Below, in pieces: positions 1-11,127 of a stretch of DNA of 64,000 nt. Every line of letters starts with the position of its first letter. The stretch's first letter is position 1. A program made the translations under genes and the position numbers. Source of the stretch: Eledone cirrhosa (lineage: Eukaryota); the NCBI GenBank assembly GCA_964016885.1, contig OZ024760.1:2542001-2606000 (forward strand). Reading direction: 5' to 3'. The notes beneath the pieces are model-generated. The model had not been told where the DNA came from. It searched no databases and saw nothing but the letters and a program-made list of their open reading frames with translations.

Positions 1-70
1 TTGCCTTTCATCCTTACGGGGTTGATAAAATAAAGTACCAGTAATACACTGGGTCAATTTAATCACCCCC
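1..70 (+). mobile_element. tRNA-SINE family 1 central-domain fragment (GCCTTTCATCC..GGGGTTGATAAAATAAAGTACCAG; MetaSINE-like)
   Basis: Same motif recurs at 14892, 15169 (+) and 3588-3630, 23665, 23875, 24383, 24588 (-). Confidence 0.7.
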
Positions 71-289
71 CCCTCTCCCGCGCAAAAAAAAAAAAAAAAT
101 GCTGGCCATACTGGAGCAATACCTTCATTTAATCAAGCCTACCAATCTCCGGTACTTATTATTATACATGTTTTTTTCAAGTCTGGTATTTACTTTATCG
201 CTCTCTTAATGCAAACACACACACACATACATACACATACACACACACACATACACAAACACACATCTGTGTGTTTATGTTTATGTTTG

Positions 290-520
290 TGTCTGTGTTC
301 ATTTCCAGTAACTTCCCCAAAATGGCTGACCAAATGCACCACACATGCACAACTCCCATAAAATGTCATTTCCACATTCTTTCCCCTTCTTACTCTCTAT
401 CTTTCAATTTATTCTTTATCATTCTATCTTCTGATGAAGACCTAACATCCGAAATGTTAAGACACTTTTCCTACTATGTCAAACATTTAGCTAATATATA
501 TCTACATTGTACTGTATAAT
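290..520 (+). mobile_element. Decayed Penelope-like terminal repeat with degenerate minimal hammerhead core
   Basis: TCTT-CTGATGAAG..CGAAATGTT-AAGA at 427-462 after a pyrimidine tract; similar layout at 23200-23445 (-). Confidence 0.45.
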
Positions 521-864
521 TCCGCTATGTTGATTTTCTTCATCAACCTTTCACTCTCCTGTTCTATTGCCCTGATTGATTCCTGAGTTGATCGATATCA
601 AAACAATTGTAATATGCAAATAAAGTTTCTATATATGCTGCAACACTGACTTTGATTCTTAAATCTATTTACACTCAGCACACTACAGCTGCAACTCTGA
701 AATACAACCCAAACAAAACGGAGCTCGTAACAACATTGAGTCCTTTGAACGGTGCGCCACCTGTAACTGTTGTTACAAATCTAACCTCTCTTACATTGAA
801 GATACTATTTAACCAACCACTCTCCAAGATGGCCGACTGAACACGCAACTTTTTTTCTCCCCAA

Positions 865-1064
865 TTCCGGCCAGAATTCTCTCACCTCTTTCTGTTCAAA
901 CCTGCTGTAACTGGCCGCTCATACTAACGTTTAGGTATTGATCTCAAAATAAATAATATCAAAATCCTATAGATTCGATATTATGTGAGATAATTATATA
1001 AGGAAAAGCCTTTACTGTGAAAATAAATAGTATATATAGGGTAATGTAAATGCTAAAGGGTTAA
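865..1064 (+). mobile_element. piggyBac-like MITE family A, 5'-truncated
   Basis: Ends AAATGCTAAAGGG-TTAA; internal CCAGAATTCTCTCACCTCTTTCTGTTCAAAC matches full copies at 2643 and 38832. Confidence 0.8.
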
Positions 1065-1579
1065 ATGTGTGTGTGTTTTTTTTTTCTCCTTCAACTTTCC
1101 AACACTTTTCTGAGAATTCTTGCTGATCCTATCAAGGCTGTTGTCATCAATGACAATGTTGGTAATTCCTAGCTTCTCAAGCCATGTCTAGTCTTTTACT
1201 AACTGCTCCCAGTACACCAAACACAAGGAATTACTGAGATCAAGGTTATTGTAGAAAATACTTGTCCAAGGTGCTGCAGAGTGAGACGGAACCCAGAAAC
1301 CACATCATACTGAAATGAACTCCCCACAACAAACCCTGCCAGCCTTTATTGTTTATTTGTTTGTGGGGTTTTCTTGTTTTGTTTTTTGCTTTTAGCCTAT
1401 TTGCTTGCTGCTTCAGTATTTAACAATAACTCAACTTCAACACGGTCTGTTTGTCAAAGTGCAGCAAAGCGTGATACGAAAGCCTCCCTCCCACTTTGAA
1501 CAATTGAACAATTTACAAAACGTGTTTAAGTATTCGTCATCATCATCAACACTATATTACATCTATTTTCCATACTTGC

Positions 1580-1628
1580 AGAGAGAGAGAGAGAGAGTGT
1601 GAGAGATAGAGTGAGAGTGAGAATGTGT

Positions 1629-1660
<32 letters not shown>

Positions 1661-1725
1661 ATCATCATCATCATTAATGTTTTAATGTCCGATTTCCCTG
1701 CTAGCAAGGGTTGGTTATATATACT

Positions 1726-1767
<42 letters not shown>

Positions 1768-1883
1768 AGTATATATAACCAACCCAATATATATATGTTT
1801 ACATATATATGTATATATATATATATGAGTGTGAGTGTGTATATGTGTGCATATGTGTATATATGTATATATATACATATATA

Positions 1884-1946
<63 letters not shown>

Positions 1947-1963
1947 ATATATATACATATATA

Positions 1964-2029
<66 letters not shown>

Positions 2030-2037
2030 CATATATA

Positions 2038-2117
<80 letters not shown>

Positions 2118-2146
2118 TATACATATATATACATATATATATATAT
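1580..2146. repeat. Compound (GA)/(GT)/(CAT)/(TA)n microsatellite with a short RTE tail stub at about 1660-1713 (-)
   Basis: Direct reading; the stub resembles RTE tail CCAACCCTTGCTAGCAGGGAAATCGGAC..TGATGA on the minus strand. Confidence 0.9.
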
Positions 2147-2642
2147 CCTTTCAGAAGATATTTTTATAGCAACCATACCATAAAAACAAAATGTTCTCAT
2201 CAGTAATTAATTCACACCCCTTTTGTTCTTGGGATCCCTTCTAAAAAGGAAGAGTATTGTTTGCATCAGCTACATCAACTTCATCATTCTGCATCATTTC
2301 CACCATTTGCATAATCTACACCAACTGCACCATATGCATTAACTGCATCAAATGTATTATTCTGCACCATTTGCTTCAGTTACACTACGTCGGTATACTG
2401 GTGCGGCTTTGTGCTTTAAAAGTTTGCTTGACAACTGCAGAGATTCAAGTTTTATTCACACATTGCAACACCTTCAATATTTTATTATCAGTTGTGGTTC
2501 CATGCTTCAGTAATTAGTTCTGGCTTTTGATGGGATCTCACTTTCTAGACAACCACCCACAATATCCTCCTCCATTTATTTCAGTTTTCATAATCAGTTG
2601 TGATCCTGTGGTTTGGTGATTAGGCCCGGATTTTAATAGGAT

Positions 2643-2877
2643 TTAACCTTTTAGCATTTACATTACTCTATATTTACTATTGTATTTTCACAGTAAAGGC
2701 TTTACCTCACTTAAATATCTCACATAATACCGAATCTATAAGATTTTGATGATGTTATTATTTATTTTGTGAACAATACCTTAACATAACTATGAGCAGC
2801 CGGTTATGGCCGGTTTGAACAGAAAGAGGTGAGAGAATTCTGACCGGATATAGCCAGTTTAAATGCTAAAGGGTTAA
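2643..2877 (-). mobile_element. piggyBac-like MITE family A, full length (about 230 bp)
   Basis: TTAA at both ends; TIRs CCTTTTAGCATTTA ... TAAATGCTAAAGGG. Confidence 0.85.
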
Positions 2878-2914
2878 ATCCCTAGACAAACAGCTATGAT
2901 CCTCCATGTTGAGC

Positions 2915-3080
2915 TTAGAATCATGAGGTTGTAAGTTCATTTCCCAGACCGAGTGGTGTTGTGTCCTTATTCAAGTTCACTCACCTGTATAAATGAGTTG
3001 TAATGTCACTGGTGTTAAGCTGTATTAGTCTTTGCCTTTCTTTTAGACAACATTGATGGCGTGGAGAAGGGAAACTTGTA
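2915..3080 (+). mobile_element. Degenerate tRNA/CORE-like SINE
   Basis: ATCATGAGGTTGTAAGTTC..CCAGACC..GTTGTGTCCTT resembles the heads at 25842 and 28057. Confidence 0.5.
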
Positions 3081-3085
3081 TCCAC

Positions 3086-3301
3086 ATTGAGCATATGGAG
3101 GAGATGAAGAAAGCTGTGACAAGTGCCCTAGACACCTTCACTTTAGAGGACTACAAGGCAGCCTTCTGGAAGTGGCTGGAGTGCTACAACGAGTACATTG
3201 AAGTTGTGGGAACCTACTTTGAAGGAGACTAGAGTTTTGTGTTTATCTAAATTAAATGTCTTTCTGATTAAAATTTCAAAACCATCTGAGTGTACCTCAT
3301 A
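3086..3301 (+). mobile_element. Mariner transposon 3' fragment: transposase C-terminus plus right TIR remnant
   Basis: 3086-3232 translates IEHMEEMKKAVTSALDTFTLEDYKAAFWKWLECYNEYIEVVGTYFEGD*, matching the mariner C-terminal W..C...G.YFEGD pattern; ends ..TACCTCATA. Confidence 0.75.
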
Positions 3302-4042
3302 ATTAATTTCCACATTATTAAGCTGGTGTTTAAAACTTAAAAACGGTTCTTACATAAAATTATGATGGAAGAGGTTTAGATAAATATAAACATTTTAAAA
3401 TAAACCATTCTATATCATAGAACAAGGGGTGGTTTGATATCAAAAGGGGTTAACCCTTTCATTGCCATATTTCTTAAGAAAAACACTGCATATAATTTTC
3501 AAATAATTTTCTAAGTAATAAAGAATTAGGAGAGATTTAATAAATATTTCTACTTTTGGCTCAAGGCTAGCAATTATCTCAGTACATTACTGGTATTTTA
3601 TTTTATCGACCCTGTAAGGATGAAAGGCAAAGTTAATCTCAGCAGGATATGAACTCAGACTGTAAAAGAGCATAACTCTATGCTGCAAAGCACTGTGTCC
3701 AACTCTCTACCGATACTGTCAATCCACCACCTGAGAGATTTAATAATGTAACTAATTCTCTCATTTATTAAGCTAGTGTTGGGTGGGACATAACTTAACA
3801 ATGGTTCTTACATAAAATTATTATGGAAAATTTTTAGATAAATATAAACATTATAAAATAAATATTTTTTTATCATAGAACCAGGTTTTGTAATGGTTTT
3901 GTATCAAAAAGGTTAAAAGTTGGTGTCTGGAACATAAATTCATAATGGAAGATTTTAGATAAATGTAAAAACCATAAGATAAACATTACAGTATGATAAA
4001 ACCAGGAGCAGTTTCAAATGTTTTGTTATGAAAAGGATTAAA
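3301..4042 (+). mobile_element. Tandem copies of piggyBac-like MITE family B
   Basis: TTAACCCTTT start at 3450; ends TATCAAAA(A)GGGTTAA-like at 3453, 3916, 4042; shared core GGTTCTTACATAAAATTATGATGGAA. Confidence 0.75.
3544..3732 (-). mobile_element. tRNA-SINE family 1 inserted in MITE B with 14-bp TSD
   Basis: GAGAGATTTAATAA at 3530-3543 and 3733-3746; central domain and B-box-like CTGAGTTC present. Confidence 0.8.
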
Positions 4043-4079
4043 ATACCACACTCAATGTGGATTATATCACTGAATATCT

Positions 4080-4563
4080 GTGAATAAAGAATGGCAGTAT
4101 GATATTTGTGTGTGAAGTGCGATGCTGCATGGTAGCAAAAGATGGGTAGTGACTGCAGAGGTCATGCATAGGCTGAAGAGAAAAGAAGCTACCAGGCTTC
4201 ATTGGATGTGTGTAATGTAAATGTGAGAGAAAGGCAGAGCCTGGATGAGGAAGAAATAGGGATAAGAGGAATCCAAAGTCGTGTGCAAGAGAGACAACTG
4301 CATTGGTACAGACATATGATGCACATGGAGGATGATCACTGGGTGAAGAAGTGTCAGGAAATTCCAGTGGAAGGAAGCCGCAGCAGAGGTAAATGAAGGA
4401 AGACATGGGCAGAAGTAGTAAGAGCTGACCTCACATAGATATTGCTCATGAAGGAGATGATAAAGGAATGCAACAAGTGGAGAGGGAGAGAAGCTGTACT
4501 GAGAAGGACCTGTCCAACCCATGCAAACATGGAAAAGCGGACAGATGATGATGATGATGATGA
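4080..4563 (+). mobile_element. Decayed RTE LINE 3' fragment with (TGA)n tail
   Basis: Remnant GIQSRVQERQLHWYRHMMHMEDDHWVKKCQEIPVEGSRSRG; tail CCAACCCATGCAAACATGGAAAAGCGGAC(AGA)TGATGA. Confidence 0.85.
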
Positions 4564-4569
4564 AGATCC

Positions 4570-4987
4570 TGAGGAGATTGGATGGCACATATACCCGCCT
4601 CTTAATGAGAGTGCAAAACCTATCCTGGAAACGACATCCCACCTTGTCTAAAATCTATGGCAAACTCCCTCGAGCCTCTGCCCTTCTAAAATCCCAGAGA
4701 GCTCAATTTGCTGGCCACTGTCACCGTGCCAGCAATGAAATCATATCCGCTCTCTTGCTCTGGAACCCTGACTCCTGCCTGATTAGGAGTAGGAAGCTGT
4801 CATTCCCTGACGTTATCTCTAGGGATACGGGAATCAGCAGACAGAACCTGGGGGCAGCGATGGGGGACAGGGGATTCTGAGGCATGAGAGTGAGATCCAT
4901 CATCTCGACAGTAGTCGACGAGTGGTGGTGGTGGTAGATGATATAGATGATGATGATGATGATGATGATGATGTTGATGATGATGAT
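4570..4987 (+). mobile_element. 3' fragment of a second RTE/RTEX-type LINE with (TGA)n tail
   Basis: LDGTYTRLLMRVQNLSWKRHPT..RAQFAGHCHR..LLLWNP..DVISRDTG..AMGDR is a typical post-RT C-terminus. Confidence 0.8.
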
Positions 4988-5289
4988 TTTTCTAACTGAC
5001 TTTCCAAAATTCAAATTGAAAAGAAGTATCTTTGAAAGGAACCTTGAATTGTCAGAGCTGGTAAAACATTGAATTAAAGGTCTTAACCTTTATTTCAGTT
5101 CTCTGTACTTGAAGTTCTAATCTCACCAAGGTCAGCTTTGACTTTTATACTTTCAGGGTTGACAAATAAAGTACAGGCCCAGAGGCCATAGATGGGGAGA
5201 ATTATTAAGGAGTCATATGGGGTGTGTTGCGGTATTTGATCTAGCTGTATGTGTTCTGAGTTCAAATGCTGCTTCCTCTGACAGACTTG

Positions 5290-5748
5290 TTTGACAGATA
5301 GTGTCAGCAATGAAAACATTGGAAACCAATGGAAACCAATGGAAACATTGTTTCTTTGGTCTGATGTGATGATCAGCTCCTTTCCTTTCTTCTGTCAAAA
5401 GTTGTGACCAACAGATAGTAACAACAATGGAAAAACCAATGGAAACATTGTTTCCTTGGTCAGATCTGACAATCTACAGATAGTATCAGCAATGGAAAGA
5501 CTAATGGAAACATTGTTTCCTTGGTCAGATCTGACAATCTACAGATAGTATCAGCAATGGAAAGACCAATGGAAACATTGTTTCCTTGGTCAGATCTGAC
5601 AATCTACAGATAGTATCAGCAATGGAAAGACCAATGGAAACATTGTTTCCTTGGTCAGATCTGACAATCTACAGATAGTATCAGCAATGAAAAGACCAAT
5701 GGAAACATTGTTTCCTTGGTCAGATCTGACAATCTACAGATAGTATCA
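5290..5748. repeat. 65-bp / about 95-bp minisatellite, left part
   Basis: Unit CAGATAGTATCAGCAATGGAAAGACCAATGGAAACATTGTTTCCTTGGTCAGATCTGACAATCTA at 5477, 5542, 5607. Confidence 0.95.
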
Positions 5749-8700
5749 TCATCATCATCATCATCACCGTTTTACGTCCGTTCTTCCACGCTAGCATGGG
5801 TTAGACGGGTTGTCCTGTTGTGGGCAGTGTCTGGTCGGCTGACCATGCCTTGCTCATACAGGAACTGATCTGGCTTGATTTCTACAGCTGGATGCCCTTC
5901 CTAACACCAACCTCATTTACAGTGAGTGCTGGGTGCTTTTTCGTGGCGCCTACACGTCCACTTTACAGTGTGGGCTGGGTGCTTTTTTGCCGTGGCACCT
6001 CCACGACCACCTTGCGGTGGGGGGGGGGGGGCATATTGTTTATATGCTTCAGCATGTACCCATGGGAGGTCGGGTACCCTGTATTACTGCGTGACGCCAG
6101 AAGTCACGGTCGTGTGTCATTGACTTTGAGAGGTGTAGTTGGGTAAGGTCGGCTTTTATCACCTCATCCCAAGTCATCTTGGGTCTCCCCACTCCGCGGT
6201 TTCCATCAACTTCTAGTGCTCTGCACCTTTTTATGCAGCTGTCATCCTTCATACGCATCACATGTCCATACCAGCGTAACCGCCTCTCCTGCACGCAGCA
6301 TTTGATTCCTCTTATGCTCAGTCTCTCTCTCAATTCATTTATGCTTTGTCGTTCACGTATATTACTGTTACACATCCATCGGAGCATGCAGGCTTCGTTT
6401 CTCTCTAATCTACGTAAGTCTTCCACCTTCAGCGCCCAGGTCTCACTACCATGCAACATCGCTGTTCGGATACACGCATCATACAGTCTGCCTTTCATTC
6501 TGAGGGAGAAGCCTTTTGCAGCTAGCAGTGGTAGTAGTTCCCTAAACTTCTTCCATCCCGTTCTTACCCTAGTTATTGTACTTTCTGAGCACCCACCTCC
6601 GTTGCTAATTCGGTCACCTAGGTAGCAGAAGCTGTCTACTGTTTCTACAGGGCCCTCCCAGAGATTGGTGGTACTTGTTTCCTGTGGCTGTTTGCTTGCT
6701 GTTTCAGCACAGCTGCTGCATGTGAATCCTACATTCTTAATTAAGCTTCCTGAGATCCCGCTACATCTCTTGTGTACCCATTGTTTGCATTTGGGGCAAA
6801 GAATGGAGTTCCTACCTACACCTTTCCTTCCTACATACTGAGCAAGGCCATTTCCCTGAGGGGATCTGGGTTCTGTTTTCTCGTCTACTTATAAGGACCT
6901 TAGTCTTTGTCATGTTGACTTTGAGGCCCTTTCTCTCTAGTCCCTGCTTCCAGGTTTGGAATTTATTCTCTAGTTCTACCATAGATTCAGCTATGAGTGC
7001 GAGGTCATCAGCATACAGGAGTTCCCATGGGCATCCGGTCTTAAACTCCTCCGTTATTGCCTGCAGGACTATGATGAACAGGAGAGGGCTAAGAACAGAG
7101 CCCTGGTGGACCCCAACCTGTACGCTAAATTCCTCGCTATACTCATTGCCAATCCTAACTTTGCTGACTGCTCCCCTATACATGGCTTGTACCGCTTTCA
7201 CAAGCCATTCATCTACTCCTAGTTTTCTAAGAGCCCACCAGATTACTGCACGTGGAACTCTGTCAAAGGCTTTCTCAAGGTCGACAAATGCCAAGTAGAG
7301 TGGCTTACTTTTAGCTAGGTACTTTTCCTGTAATTGCCTCACAAGGAAGAGCGCATCAGTGGTGCCTTTCCCTGGAACAAACCCAAATTGCATCTCGTCT
7401 ATATTCACCCGGTCCCTAATCAGCTGTGCTATAACTCTTTCTGTTACTTTCATGACCTGGTCCATCAACTTTATACCTCTATAGTTTCCTCTATCTAGTG
7501 CATCGCCTTTACCTTTGTAGCAGTTGACAATGATGCTACTGCACCAATCTTTTGGTATGGCCCCCTCTAGTATTACCTGGTTAACGATACGTGTGGTTAT
7601 AGTGTGACCTACAGACCCAGATGCCTTCAGCATCTCGGCAGCTATACCCGATGGACCGGTTGCCTTCCCTATCTTCATATCTCTGATTGCCTTACTTACT
7701 ACGCTGCCGCTGACTTGTACTGCTGGTCCCTCTATAGGGTCTACGTGGGGTAGGGTCTCTTCTTCCCATGCATTCTCCTCATTTAGTAATCTATCATAAT
7801 GACTCTTCCATGCATCTTTCTTCTCAGCACTTGTGAGGGCAAGCTCACCTTTATCATTCCGGATACACTTCTCTCCAATGACATCACAACTATCTCTGAC
7901 ACACTGCCTCGCAATCTTGAATACCTCCTGTTTCTGGTCCTCACGTTGTAAAACATGCTTGAATTTTCTATCCTCTGCTTCCCTCCTAGCTAAGTATACT
8001 TGTCGCCTAGCTTCCCTCTTGGTCTCTATGTAATGTACCCTGCTCCCCCCGTTCTTCCATTCTTTCCATGCCTGTCTCTTGGCCTTGACTGCTTCATCTA
8101 CCTTATTGTTCCACCACCAAGTCACTCTCCTCCTGCTTGAGGTCTTACTCCAGCCACAAACCTCATCCGTCGCCTCTAGTAAGTTATTTTTTAGGAACTC
8201 CCAGTTCTCTTCTACGTTAAATGTCTCTATCTGTTCTTCTTTACTGTCGTAGGCGTTGAGTAAAATATCTTTAAATCTGTTACTGGTTGAGGGGACTTTC
8301 AGCTTCCAGATCTTTCTTCTCCAGGTTGGCCTCTGTTTCAGGGCTCGTCTAGTTCTGACCGTGAGGTCGCTGACAACTAAGCTATGTTGGGATGTACATT
8401 CCTCACTAGGGAAGGCTTTTGTGTTTACGACCGTCCATCTGTCACGTCCTCTGATGAGGATAAAATCTAACTGACTAGAGTGCTCCCCTGATCTATAGGT
8501 GATCAGGTGGTTGTCGGGTTTTTTAAAGTTTGTGTTACATATCGACATGTCATTGGCGTCGCAGAATTCTAGAAGTCTGAATCCTTCCTCATTCCTTGTG
8601 CCAACTCCATGGCCTCCATGTACTCTATTGAAGCCGTCGCAGTGTTTACCTACGTGTCCGTTAAAATCTCCTGCAATGATTAGGAAGTCCTTGTCGTCTG

Positions 8701-9199
8701 TTAGAGCAGTAGTGTGTATTAGGGACTCGTAAAACCTATCCTTAAGTTCGTCTGGCAGCCCCGATTGGGGTGCGTAAGCTGATATTATTGTGGTAATTGT
8801 CTTATTCAGGACTAGTCTGAGTTTAATGATTCTTGCATTTACCCTGTACACTGAGATTACTTTATCTACCCACTTGTCAGCTAATAGTATACCTACACCA
8901 CCCATCCCATCGTCATTTCCCACCCAGAAAAATTTGTAGCACTGGCTTTTTCCTACAAGGACTCTAGCAGACCCTCCTCTCCATCTAGTCTCTTGCACAC
9001 AGCATACATCAACTTCCTTTCGCTCTAGCATTTCTACGATTTCTCCTGCTCTTCCTTTCATTGAGCCTACATTGATGGTACCAACTCGGAGTTTTGGGCA
9101 TTTGTCGACACTCGTAGGGGAGGGTCTCTGGGTTGGCGCTTCACGTGGGTGCTTGGTAGCTCGCAGATTCATATTTCATCTATTGATTCAGAGTTGCTC
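5749..9199 (-). mobile_element. Near full-length RTE-clade non-LTR retrotransposon inserted in the minisatellite
   Basis: APE-RT ORF, 3' (TGA)n tail, TSD GTATCA at 5743-5748 and 9200-9205; satellite unit resumes in register. Confidence 0.93.
6049..9172 (-). pseudogene. RTE ORF (APE endonuclease + RT + internal PHD finger), about 1039 aa, broken by one 4-bp duplication
   Basis: APE motifs GTINVGS, CVQET, AGDFNGH, DFIL, SQH; RT motifs QFGF, FVDLEKAFD, HQGSVLSP, YADD, FCYLG; TCCT duplicated at 6825-6832, otherwise open to the stop at 6049. Confidence 0.92.
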
Positions 9200-10165
9200 G
9201 TATCAGCAATGGAAAGACCAATGGGAACATTGTTTCCTTGGTCTGATCTGACAATCTACAGATAGTATCAGCAATGGAAAGACCAATGGAAACATTGTTT
9301 CCTTGGTCAGATCTGACAATCTACAGACAGTATCAGCAATGGAAAGACCAATGGAAACATTTTTTTCCTTGGTCCAATCTCATGATGAGCTCTTTTGCTT
9401 TCTTCTGCCACAAGTTGTGACCAACAAATAGTATCAGCAATGGAAAGACCAATGGAAACATTGTTTCCTTGGTCCAATCTCGTGATCAGTTTTTTTGCTT
9501 TCTTCTGTCACATGTTGTGACTGACAGATAGTATCAGCAATGGAAAGACCAATGAGAACATTGTTTCCTTGGTCTGATCTGACAATCTACAGATAGTATC
9601 AGCAATGGAAAGACCAATGGAAACATTGTTTCCTTGGTCAGATCTGACAATCTACAGATAGTATCAGCAATGGAAAGACTAATGGAAAAATTGTTTCCTT
9701 GGTCTGATCTGAAGATCAGCTCCTTTCTTCTGCCACAAGTTGTGACTGACAGATAGTATCAGCAATGGAAAGACCAATGGAAACATTGTTTCCTTGGTCT
9801 GATCTGAAGATCAGCTCCTTTCTTCTGCCACAAGTTGTGACTGACAGATAGTATCAGCAATGGAAAGACCAATGGAAACATTTTTTCCTTGGTCCAATCT
9901 CATGATGAGCTCTTTTGCTTTCTTCTGCCACAAGTTGTGACTGACAGATAGTATCAGCAATGGAAAGACCAATGGGAACATTGTTTTCTTGGTCAGATCT
10001 GACAATCTACAGATAGTATCAGCAATGGAAAAAACCAATGGAAACATTGTTTCCTTCATCTGATCTGAAGATCAGCTCGATTCATCTGCCACATGTTGTG
10101 ACTGACAGATAGTATCAGCAATGGAAAGACCAATGGAAACAGTTCCATGGGCTGATCTCATGATC
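9200..10165. repeat. 65-bp / about 95-100-bp minisatellite, right part
   Basis: Same unit as 5290-5748; longer units add GCTCCTTTCTTCTGCCACAAGTTGTGACTGA. Confidence 0.95.
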
Positions 10166-10319
10166 ACATTCTTTATTTTTTTTGTTTTGTATTTTTTCCT
10201 TCCTGTTATCATTTGTCAAAGAATGGATGTGAAAGGGGTGGGAGTTAGGGAGACAGGATAAGGTTCCTTATCCAACCAGAATTTGGCACCAACTGGATTT
10301 AAATGGGTCTCTAGTTTAA

Positions 10320-11094
10320 TGTGTATTGTATGTGTGTTGTGTGTTGTGTGTTGTGTGTCTGTGTATATATATTGTGTGGTGTGTGTGGCGTGCGTCTGTG
10401 TATATTGTGTGTGTCTGTGTATGTAGGTGTGCGTCTGTGTGTGGTGTATGTGTTGTGTTTGTTTGTGTGTGTTGGTGTGTGTGTGAGTTGTGTGTGTCTG
10501 TGTATGTTGTGTGTTGGTGTGTGTGTGTGTGTGGTGTATATTGTGTGTGCTGGTGTGTGTCTGTGAGTGTCTGTGTGTGTGGTGTATATTGTGTGTGCTG
10601 GTGTATGTGTGAGTGAGTGTCTGCATCTGTGTATGTTGTGTGTGTGTGTGTGTGGTGTATATTGTGTGTGCTGGTGTGTGTCTGTGTGTGAGTGAGTGTC
10701 TGTGTATGTTGTGTGTCTGAGTGTGTGTGTCTGTGTATGTTGTGTATGTGTGTGTGTGTGTATCTGTAAAAAAAGCTCTAGTTAATGACAGATTTCTATC
10801 TGTAATTAATGAAATTCTTAGATATGTATGTGTGTGTATGTGTGTGTATGTGTGTGTGTGTGCCTGAGTCTATGTGTGCCTATATGTTTCTATGTGTGTG
10901 TGTGTGTGTGTCAGTATGTGTGTGTCTATGTGTGAATATGTATGTGCCTATATGTGCCTGTGTGTGTGTGTCAGTGTGGGTCTGTATGTGTGTGTCAGTG
11001 TGGGTCTGTATGTGTGTGTCTGTGTCTATGTGTGTGCCTGAGTCTATGTGTGAACATGTGCCTATATGTGTCTATGTGTGTGTGTGTATGTGTG

Positions 11095-11127
<33 letters not shown>

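Noticed and set aside
1552-2206. (YI)n ORFs, also at 21889-23087
   Set aside because: TA microsatellite translations
2257-2517. 86-aa Cys/Ile-rich ORF
   Set aside because: Low-complexity TGCA(T/C) reiteration with no domain or clear splice context
5880-6010. Possible HDV-like ribozyme in the RTE/SINE-shared module
   Set aside because: Could not build the nested double pseudoknot by eye; needs an RNArobo or Infernal search
6179-8732. Plus-strand ORFs overlapping the LINE
   Set aside because: Antisense shadows of the RTE ORF with no independent motifs
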